Positions 56,815-64,000 of a stretch of DNA of 64,000 bases are shown in pieces. The position numbers were made by a program, and so were the translations under genes. Each line of letters begins with the position of its first letter. The first letter of the stretch is position 1. The notes beneath the pieces were generated by a model. The model saw only the letters and a list, made by a program, of their open reading frames with translations. It ran no database searches and was not told the DNA's origin. The DNA comes from Candidatus Aminicenantes bacterium (GTDB lineage Bacteria; Acidobacteriota; Aminicenantia; Aminicenantales; JAFGBC01): NCBI GenBank assembly GCA_963702005.1, contig OY969696.1, positions 1,696,001 to 1,760,000 of the forward strand. The letters run 5' to 3'.

Positions 56815-58869
56815 ATGATGATCAAGAAGCTCGCGGCTCTATTTCCGATCGTCCTTTTTGGGATCTCTCTGGCCGGCCAAGTCGCGGGGCCCGGCAAACT
56901 TCCGGACCGATACCGGGCCTGGCTCGACGAGGAGGTCGTCTACATCATTACGGCCAAGGAGAGGGACGTCTTCCTCCAGCTCCGGACGGACAAAGAGCGG
57001 GATATCTTCATCGAGGCCTTCTGGAACCAGCGGGACCCCTCGCCCGGGACGCCGCGCAACGAGTTCAAGGAAGAGCACTACCGCCGCCTCCAGTACGCCA
57101 CCAAGATGTTCGGCCGCAGTTCGCCCCTGCCGGGCTGGAGGTCCGACCGGGGGCGGATCTACATCGTCCTCGGCCCCCCCAAAAACATCGAGCAATTCAG
57201 CGACGTCAACAACGTCTACCCGGTCGAGATCTGGTTCTATCAGCCGGAGGAGGCCTCGGGCCTGCCGGTGGCCTTCAACGTCATCTTTTTCAAGCGCAAT
57301 GGAATCGGCGACTATGTCCTGTACTCGCCATCCCAGGACGGGCCGCGCAGCCTGGTCTCGACGGCCATGGGCGATTTTCGGGACGAAGAGGCCTACAAGG
57401 AGCTCCGCACGCTCGATCCCAACCTGGCTCCTCAGACGCTGTCTTTAATCCCCGGCGAACACCTGCCGGTCGGGACGCCGTCCCTGGCCTCGGAGACGCT
57501 GATAGCGAACATCTTCGCCTTGCCCCGGAAGAAGGTCAAGGACGCCTACGCCGGCGCCCTCCTCCGCTACAAGGATATCGTCGAGGTCGAATACACGGCC
57601 AACTATATCGGGTCGAACGCGTTCCTCTACGTCTCCCGGAGCGGCGACGGGACGTTCCTCGTCCATTATTCGATCGAGCCGGGCCGCTTGACACTGGCCT
57701 CCTTCCAGGGCCGGAGCGCGACCAGCATCGACCTCAACGGCCGGGTCACGGACAAGCAGGGCCGGACCGTCTACCAGTTCGAGAAGACCTTCCCGGTCGA
57801 CCTGGATGAAGCCGGGGTCGCCGAAATCCGGGCCACTTCGATCGAGTTCCAGGACGTCTTTCCCTGCGTCCCGGGCCGCTACGGTTTCGACCTCCTCCTC
57901 AAGAACACGGTCTCGAAGGAATTCAGTTCCTTCACGGCCGATCTCGACATCCCCGAGCCCCAGGCTGGACCGGCGCTGGGGAGCCTGTTCCTGGGGTACG
58001 GCGCCGATCCGGCTGCCGGCGGAAACGGCGAGGTCGTGCCCTTCCGAGTCGCCGGCCGCCAGCTTCTGGGCGACGTCCGCAAAGCGTTCCGGCCTTCGGA
58101 AAAGTTGGCCGTCGTCCTCCAGGCCTACGGGTTTCCTGCGGACTGGGCGAGCGGCGGCAAGCTCCGCTATGTCTATCTCAAGGAGGGAGCCGTTGTCCTG
58201 ACCCAGCTCCGGCCGCTCTCCGAGACCGGGGCCGCCGCGACATATGTCGAGGAGCAGCCTCTATCCGGATTCGCGCCCGGCTATTATGAGCTCAAGGTTT
58301 CGCTCCTGGACCCGTCCGGCGCCGAGGGGGCCGTCCGATCCGGGGCCTTCGAGGTCAGCCCGGCTCAGAGCTTACAGCGGCCGCGGATCATGGCCAAGGT
58401 CCTGGCCGCCGGCCATCCGGAGGAACAAGATTATGCTTTGGGCCTCCAGTGGTTGAGCTTGGGGAAGCTCGACGAGGCCAACAGCCTGTTGGGCCGGGCC
58501 TTCGAGAAGAAGCCTGAGAGCGACCGGTTCGCTCTGGGCTACGCCCAGTGTCTTTTCTTGTCGGGACAATATCAGAAGGCCAAGGACGCGCTTCAGCCTC
58601 TGGCTGGGCGGGAGGGCGTCGCGCCGGAGGTCTCGTCCTGGCTCGGACGCGCTTGTCATGCCTTGGGACAGTACCAGGAGGCGATCTCTTTCTATCAGGA
58701 TTACCTGAACAGGGCCGGGACGAGCGTCGAGATCCTCAACTTCATCGGCAGCTGCCACTTCCAGCTCGGGGAGCGCGATGAAGCTCTGGCCGCCTGGAAG
58801 AAATCGTTGGAGATCAGCCCCGGCCAGGATAAGCTCAAGGCCCTGGTCGAGTCCCTGGAGAAAAAATAG
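56815..58869 (+). CDS. GWxTD-domain protein with C-terminal TPRs
   Basis: WLDEEVVYIIT.KE..FL....FIEAFW.QRDP.PGT..NEFKEEHYRR...GWRSDRGRIYIVLGPP, EIWFY; TPR tail. Confidence 0.88.
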   Translation: MMIKKLAALFPIVLFGISLAGQVAGPGKLPDRYRAWLDEEVVYIITAKERDVFLQLRTDKERDIFIEAFWNQRDPSPGTPRNEFKEEHYRRLQYATKMFGRSSPLPGWRSDRGRIYIVLGPPKNIEQFSDVNNVYPVEIWFYQPEEASGLPVAFNVIFFKRNGIGDYVLYSPSQDGPRSLVSTAMGDFRDEEAYKELRTLDPNLAPQTLSLIPGEHLPVGTPSLASETLIANIFALPRKKVKDAYAGALLRYKDIVEVEYTANYIGSNAFLYVSRSGDGTFLVHYSIEPGRLTLASFQGRSATSIDLNGRVTDKQGRTVYQFEKTFPVDLDEAGVAEIRATSIEFQDVFPCVPGRYGFDLLLKNTVSKEFSSFTADLDIPEPQAGPALGSLFLGYGADPAAGGNGEVVPFRVAGRQLLGDVRKAFRPSEKLAVVLQAYGFPADWASGGKLRYVYLKEGAVVLTQLRPLSETGAAATYVEEQPLSGFAPGYYELKVSLLDPSGAEGAVRSGAFEVSPAQSLQRPRIMAKVLAAGHPEEQDYALGLQWLSLGKLDEANSLLGRAFEKKPESDRFALGYAQCLFLSGQYQKAKDALQPLAGREGVAPEVSSWLGRACHALGQYQEAISFYQDYLNRAGTSVEILNFIGSCHFQLGERDEALAAWKKSLEISPGQDKLKALVESLEKK

Positions 58870-58928
58870 GGAGCTCGGACCAGACCATTCGAGGGCACGC
58901 TGCGATTTCCCCAGGCAGGCGAAGCCCA

Positions 58929-59162
58929 TGGGGTTCGAAGGACGCAAGGGCTCGGGAAGTCGACTCGAAGGCACACTTCGGATTCCCCGGCGAGGAATCC
59001 TCGTTCGATTCGAGGCTCCGCTCTCCCATCGCTTCGCTCAGGGAACCATGCCCGCTCCGCCTCTCATACGACCTTCTTCATCGACTACCCCTCGCCCTTC
59101 CCCGTTATTCTCTATCGGCCCGCTCGACCCCTCGACGGCCTTCTCCACCCCATCGGCTTCGC
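58929..59162 (-). repeat. Palindromic repeat family: full copy A (58929-59095) and partial copy D (59118-59162)
   Basis: Reverse complements match copy B: GCGAGGGG...AGG.C.T..GA..G..GAGCGGGCATGG..CC..AGCG(A/G)AGCGA..GG..AGCG...GCGTCCT..GAACCCCA. Confidence 0.7.
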
Positions 59163-59172
59163 CTGTTTCCCC

Positions 59173-60162
59173 TTATTGTCTCAGTAGGTCGTCAATCCTT
59201 AGCAATCGGTAGCCCCTCGTTTTGATCTCGTCCAGAAGATCGCCGAGCCGGAGATAGAATTTGTCCGTCCGCCGCGGGTCGGTTCCGATGTGGATGAGCA
59301 TGATGAAACCCCGGAAGCCGTCCGGGTCCCTCCGCTCCCAGGCCCAGATCCTATCCCAGATCGTCTGAGAGGACAGGTACTCGGCCATGTCCGGCGTCGT
59401 GTAGTCCGCGTTCAAAGACGTCCCCGGCGTGAAGTTGAAGAGGACCAGTCCGAGTTCCCGTGCCCATTTTACGATGTCGTCGTTGTACCACTCGTAGGGC
59501 GGGATAAAGAAGGGCGCATCCTCCTTGCGGATTCCAAATTCCTCCATGACCTCGTAGTTGGCTAGGATATCGGTGCGAAATTCGTCCCGCGTGACGAGCG
59601 TCTTGGAACGGTCCTCCCAGTCGCAGTAGAGGAGGTGCTTGTTGGAATGGGGACCGAGGTAATGGCCGTCGGCGATGAGGCCGCGGATGAGTTCTCTTTT
59701 TTCGGGAGACCGGTAGAAATCGCCGGTGAAGAAGAAGCCGGCTTTGACGCCCTTGTCCTTAAGGACGCCGCGGATGTGGGCGCCGCCGTCGGCGAAGTCT
59801 CCGCCGGTGAAGATGAGGGCCATTTCCTTGCGATCCGTCCGGCTGCGGATGATTCCGCCCTCCTCGCAGCGGAAGACGGCGCAAGGGGGCCTTAATACAC
59901 TATTTTGCGCCCGGGCGTGTCTGCAGCTCATTCCCAAAATCCCTGCCAATAGAACTAAAGCATAACTGAGGCTCCTGAAGGCTGAGCGAGGGGTGCTGGG
60001 GTGAGGAGGCCCTACGAAGGGTCGAGCGGGCATGGTCCCTGCCAGCGGAGCGACGGCAGGGGAGCGAGACCCGGAGTGGGAGCGGGTTTGACTCGCTGGG
60101 GCAAACGCGCGTCCTCTGAACCCCACACTCCGAGTGAAGCCGGAACCGTGATCTGTCTTCAT
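59173..60162 (-). CDS. Polysaccharide deacetylase (CE4/NodB-like, non-canonical motif 1) with repeat-derived N-terminal insert
   Basis: LIFTGGD, FFFTG, GPHSNKH, PPYEWYN, LIHIG; ATG 60162 overlaps the upstream stop (ATGA). Confidence 0.8.
   Translation of the reverse strand: MKTDHGSGFTRSVGFRGRAFAPASQTRSHSGSRSPAVAPLAGTMPARPFVGPPHPSTPRSAFRSLSYALVLLAGILGMSCRHARAQNSVLRPPCAVFRCEEGGIIRSRTDRKEMALIFTGGDFADGGAHIRGVLKDKGVKAGFFFTGDFYRSPEKRELIRGLIADGHYLGPHSNKHLLYCDWEDRSKTLVTRDEFRTDILANYEVMEEFGIRKEDAPFFIPPYEWYNDDIVKWARELGLVLFNFTPGTSLNADYTTPDMAEYLSSQTIWDRIWAWERRDPDGFRGFIMLIHIGTDPRRTDKFYLRLGDLLDEIKTRGYRLLRIDDLLRQ
59986..60131 (+). repeat. Palindromic repeat copy B, inside the 5' end of the deacetylase ORF
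   Basis: Ends pair (GGGGTG.TGGGGT..GAGGA / TCCTC..ACCCCACACTCC); inner stems GGGTC/GACCC and TCCCTGCC/GGCAGGGG. Confidence 0.7.
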
Positions 60163-61001
60163 TTCAGGGCGTCGAAATAGAGGGCGGCCGCGCCCAGGAT
60201 GGCAATGTGCTCGGTCGTCGAGACGTCCATTTTGATGTTGCGGGCCGTGATGGAGTAAGGGAATTCGCGAACGGAGGCTTCCAGGCGGTCCTTGAAGAAG
60301 GGATAGGCTTTGCTGACCGATCCACCGAAGACGATAATCTCGGGGTCGACGGCGAAAAGGATAACCTTGACCGCCTCGCCCAGGTGAGTTCCAAATTCCC
60401 CGAAGACGGCCAGGGCTTCCTTGTCGCCGCCCAGGGCCCGCTCATAGAGCTCGCGGCCCGACGTCCCGTGAACGGCCTTGAAAAACCGGCCGCTCGCGTA
60501 GTCTTCGAGCGTCTTGTCCCGGTAGGGGATCATCCCGAACTCGCCCGCCCCGCAGTTGGCCCCGGCGTAGAGGCGGCCGTTGGCGATGACGCCGGCCCCC
60601 AGCCCGGTTCCGACGATGAGGCCGACGACATGCTCGTAGTCCCGCGCCTTTCCGAAATAGGTCTCGCCGACCGCGAAACAGTTCGCGTCGTTGTTGACGT
60701 AAGCCGGCACCCGGTAGCGGGCCTCGAGCAGGGCCTTGAGAGGAACCTCTTTCCAGGCCGGGATGTTCTGGACGTCGTAGAGGACGCCCGTCTTGAGGTC
60801 GACCACGCTCGGGACGCCGACGCCGATCCCCAGGACGCCGGGCCGGACGACTTTATCGACGAGGCCGAAGAAGGCCTCCAGGACCTCCTCCTGGGAGCGG
60901 TCGCTCGGGATGGCCGAGGCCGCGACTTCCAGGAGGCGGTCTTCCTCGACGAGCCCCGCCCGGACGTTTGTCCCGCCCAGATCGATCCCGACGACGGCCA
61001 T
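60159..61001 (-). CDS. ROK-family sugar kinase (glucokinase-like)
   Basis: GIDLGGTNVR, NNDANC..VGE, GTGLGAG, AGEFG. Confidence 0.9.
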   Translation of the reverse strand: MAVVGIDLGGTNVRAGLVEEDRLLEVAASAIPSDRSQEEVLEAFFGLVDKVVRPGVLGIGVGVPSVVDLKTGVLYDVQNIPAWKEVPLKALLEARYRVPAYVNNDANCFAVGETYFGKARDYEHVVGLIVGTGLGAGVIANGRLYAGANCGAGEFGMIPYRDKTLEDYASGRFFKAVHGTSGRELYERALGGDKEALAVFGEFGTHLGEAVKVILFAVDPEIIVFGGSVSKAYPFFKDRLEASVREFPYSITARNIKMDVSTTEHIAILGAAALYFDALK

Positions 61002-61017
61002 GGCGGCTCCTCGTGCC

Positions 61018-62271
61018 TCAGCCCGCCTGCTCGGAGCGGATCGTCTTGTTGGTGATGAGGGGCTTGGCCCAGATCCCGATGCTCAGGATGTAGGCCAGTG
61101 TTAGGTAGAGGACGAACATGCCCGCCCGCAGCCCGATCCGGTCGCCCAGCCAGCCGATGACGAGGGGGACGATCGCTCCCCCGATGATCCCCGTGCAGAG
61201 GATGCCCGAGAACGATCCGTGATGGCTGTCGAGGGAGTTCAGGGCCAGCGAGAAGACGATGGACCACATGACCGAGGCGCAGAAGCCCATGAGCGGGAAG
61301 GCGTAGAGGGCGACCGGCCCCGGCCCGAACAGGGCCGCGCTGAGGCAGACGACGGCGGCCGCGGCGAACCCGATCAGGATTTTGCGGCTGTCCCAGAGCT
61401 TGAGGAGGACGAGGCCGAGGAGACACCCGGCCGTCATCATCCCCCAGAACCAGGAGACCGTCTTGGCCCCCGTGAGCTGCGGGTCGAACCCGTGGTACGT
61501 CTTGAGAAACTGGGAGATCCAATTGGCGACGCCCTGCTCGGTCCCGACGTAGGCGAAGATCCCCAGGAAATAGAGGACGACGATCTTTTTCCCGAACAGC
61601 ATCTTGTGGGTGGCCCAGGCGCCGGCCCGCTCCTCCTCCGTCCTCTCGACCTTGGGAAAGCGGACGAGCAGGATGACGAGGACCATGACCAGCGTCACGG
61701 CCGCGAACACCCAGTACAGGGAAACCCAGGGCAGCTCCTTGGGAGTCAGCTTGGCCAGGCCGCGGACGAGAGGGGGGAGCGGTCCGCTCGTGTCCTTGAG
61801 ATGGGAGACGAGGTAAGTGAAAACGCGGGGACTCAGGAAGGAGGCGCTGCCGAAGATGAGCTGGGCCATGACGGAATTGAAAGCGAAATGCTCCTCGCCG
61901 CCCGTGACGCGGAGCAGGGGATTGATGGCGACCTGGAGGGTGGCCATTCCGGTCCCGATCAAAAATAGAGACAGGATCGCCACCTTGTAGCTTGGGAAGA
62001 GAGAGAACAGGAGCGCTCCCAGGCAGGCGACCGCGAAGGCCGCGGCCATGACCGGCTTTTCTTTATATTTCTCGACCAGGATCCCCGACGGGATGGACAT
62101 GACGCCGTAGGCGATGAAGAAGGCGAAAGGAAGCAGGGCGACCAGAGTCAGGTTGAGCTGGAAGCTTTTGATGATGTCCGGGACGAGCGGTCCGATGATG
62201 TTGGTCAGAAAGGAAATGACGAAAAAGATGACAAAGACGAGCCCGACCATGAACAGGCTGCGTTTTTTCAT
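61018..62271 (-). CDS. MFS sugar transporter (FucP/GluP-like)
   Basis: LLPFAFFIAYGVMSIPSG, LQVAINP, YVGTEQG, GIIGGAIVP; ~12 TMs. Confidence 0.88.
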   Translation of the reverse strand: MKKRSLFMVGLVFVIFFVISFLTNIIGPLVPDIIKSFQLNLTLVALLPFAFFIAYGVMSIPSGILVEKYKEKPVMAAAFAVACLGALLFSLFPSYKVAILSLFLIGTGMATLQVAINPLLRVTGGEEHFAFNSVMAQLIFGSASFLSPRVFTYLVSHLKDTSGPLPPLVRGLAKLTPKELPWVSLYWVFAAVTLVMVLVILLVRFPKVERTEEERAGAWATHKMLFGKKIVVLYFLGIFAYVGTEQGVANWISQFLKTYHGFDPQLTGAKTVSWFWGMMTAGCLLGLVLLKLWDSRKILIGFAAAAVVCLSAALFGPGPVALYAFPLMGFCASVMWSIVFSLALNSLDSHHGSFSGILCTGIIGGAIVPLVIGWLGDRIGLRAGMFVLYLTLAYILSIGIWAKPLITNKTIRSEQAG

Positions 62272-62275
62272 CGGA

Positions 62276-64000
62276 TCATCCTTTACCCCGGACGGCGTTC
62301 CAGCCGCCGATCTTGAGGACGGGGTCCTCGCCGCCCAAGCGCTCGGGGTCGAACGAAACCCGGACGGTCCGCGTCTCGCCCGGGAGCAGGGTCAGGTAAT
62401 TGTCATCCCAGAAAACCGGCGTCACCGGATCGCCGGACCGGTCCTTGACGATCATCAGCTCGACCAAAAAGGCGGGGGCGGCCAAGGTGTTGCTGAGCGT
62501 CGCCTCGAGCTCCATCCGTCCGGCCGCGTCGTTCCAGCGCTCTTGACAGCCGAGCGATACGGCCGGGAGGCCGGCTAATCCGGCCAGGTCCGAGAAGTCC
62601 TTGATCGGGGTCACGAACCAGGTGGCTTTGGCGTCGTCCGGGACGTCGGGTTTGGTCGACAAGGCGTAGAAGTTGTCCGTGATCAGGCCGCCCTTCCCGT
62701 CGTGCAGACGGAGATCCAGGAAGTAGGCGTCGCTCACCCCCTCGGGGGGCGACAGGACGATCAGGCTTTTCTTCTCGTCCCGGTCCAGCGCGACCGGGAA
62801 CTCCTTGGCGAGCTTGACGGCTCCGTCCAGGGTCAGGACCTGGACGGAGGCCGTAACCGGAGCCGAGGCGGCGGCCGCGTTATTGGTGACGATGACCTCC
62901 CGCGTCCCCAAGTCATAAAGGATGTGGAGCGGCTCGCAGGCCTTCCGCGCGCCGAAGAAGGCCCCGTTGGGGAGCAGGAAGTAATCGAAGAGCTGCCACC
63001 AGAGCTTGGGCCAGGCCGAGTTGTACATCCACTGGATAACGCCGGTCGCGACCGGGCGGCGGGCGACGAAGGCCTCGTACATCGCCCGCATCCCCTCATA
63101 GTTCAGGAACTGGGCCTTGCGCAGATAATCGGCCAGGTCGCGCGGAGGCCCCAGGCGTTTGTCCATGGCTTGGTTGTAGCGGTCGAGGTTCTCAAACTCG
63201 GCCCGGCAGCAATGATATTTCCACAAATCGTTGATAGGCCATAGTTTATCTGGCGGGAACATCCTGCGCAGGGTCTCGATGGGCGGAACCTGCGGCCCGG
63301 GTCCGGTCTCGGTGTTATAGCCGAAGGCGCCGCCCCGATCGGTGTTGATGAACCAGTAGACTGGCGGCACATAATCATAGGGCCCGTTCATCTTGACGCC
63401 CGACGGGCCGCTGACCGGCGAGACCTTGGTCCCGGTCGAATTCAAGACGGGGCGGGTCGGGTCGTCCTCGGCCAGGATGGCGCGGTAGGCCTTTTCCAGG
63501 TCGGGCTTGGGGACGAGGTCGCTCGCCATCGCCCAGACGAAGACGCTGGGATGGTTGCGGAGCCAGCGGACCATGTCCCGCCAGGAGCGGGCGGCCGTGT
63601 CGATATCCTCGGGGGAGAGGATGCCGCCGAAGCGCTCGTCGGTGGGCTTGCCGAAGCCGTTCTCCCATTCCCATTGGCAGCTGACACCGGCCATGACCAT
63701 GATCCCGGTCTCGTCGCAGAGGTTGTAAAACTCGGGACCGGTCCCCCAGAAGCCCTCGACCCGGAGGGCGTTGAGGTTCATCTGGCGCGCGTACTCGACC
63801 TGGGCCTTGATCCTGTCGTAGGGATTATCCAAGAGCATATCGTCCGTCCAGCCGCCGCCCCGGACGAGAATCTTACGTCCGTTGAGGATAAAGCCGCGCT
63901 GGCCCTGTTCGTTGAGATAATCCGCGATTTCGCGGATCCCGAACCGGGTCGAGACGGCGTCCGACACGCGGCCGTCCAGCTTGGCCTCGAGCGCGAGGTC
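62276..64000 (-). CDS. GH2 exo-beta-D-glucosaminidase (CsxA-like), 5' end outside window
   Basis: FGIRE, NGRKILVRGGGW, LRVEG, CQWE, LRNHPSV..W..ASD (SD acid/base as in CsxA), GVKMNGPYDYVPP, YNTETGPG, WQLFDY. Confidence 0.85.
   Translation of the reverse strand, partial: DLALEAKLDGRVSDAVSTRFGIREIADYLNEQGQRGFILNGRKILVRGGGWTDDMLLDNPYDRIKAQVEYARQMNLNALRVEGFWGTGPEFYNLCDETGIMVMAGVSCQWEWENGFGKPTDERFGGILSPEDIDTAARSWRDMVRWLRNHPSVFVWAMASDLVPKPDLEKAYRAILAEDDPTRPVLNSTGTKVSPVSGPSGVKMNGPYDYVPPVYWFINTDRGGAFGYNTETGPGPQVPPIETLRRMFPPDKLWPINDLWKYHCCRAEFENLDRYNQAMDKRLGPPRDLADYLRKAQFLNYEGMRAMYEAFVARRPVATGVIQWMYNSAWPKLWWQLFDYFLLPNGAFFGARKACEPLHILYDLGTREVIVTNNAAAASAPVTASVQVLTLDGAVKLAKEFPVALDRDEKKSLIVLSPPEGVSDAYFLDLRLHDGKGGLITDNFYALSTKPDVPDDAKATWFVTPIKDFSDLAGLAGLPAVSLGCQERWNDAAGRMELEATLSNTLAAPAFLVELMIVKDRSGDPVTPVFWDDNYLTLLPGETRTVRVSFDPERLGGEDPVLKIGGWNAVRGKG

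Noticed and set aside
58778-59212. 144-aa ORF between the GWxTD and deacetylase genes
   Set aside because: Translation of the repeat elements; low complexity and overlaps both neighbours

Overview
High-GC bacterial chromosomal segment. The gene content (Oar-type TonB-dependent receptors, a GWxTD protein, an acidobacterial VWFA-type protein, a sulfatase-like/TPR fusion, an SBBP-repeat protein) suggests Acidobacteriota, probably Ca. Aminicenantes; this is an inference, no search was run. Left half: peptidases (M3, S9), an amidohydrolase, a Tat-exported GH105/GH88 running off the left edge, an AT-richer string of small co-oriented genes (three ICMT-like methyltransferases, TrmO, cupin, SnoaL) ending in vapBC, GTP-PEPCK, a heavily frameshifted valS (probably a local sequence-quality problem), pyrE, PhzF, Nudix, and a HutH-family lyase with an Ala-Cys-Gly MIO triad. 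The right ~28 kb is a large glycan/amino-sugar utilisation locus: GH18, GH42-like, ROK kinase, SIS, MFS, GH116, Thr-nucleophile sulfatase-like-TPR, TPR, ROK repressor, two tandemly duplicated TonB-dependent receptors, GWxTD-TPR, then convergently a CE4-like deacetylase, ROK kinase, MFS and CsxA-like GH2. No SusD is present in the window. Non-coding highlights: a 30-bp palindromic operator duplicated together with a decayed repressor HTH, a conserved receptor leader hairpin, several REP/MITE-like inverted repeats, and a ~150-bp palindromic repeat family with one copy translated in frame inside the deacetylase N-terminus. No rRNA, tRNA, CRISPR array, integrase or transposase was seen.
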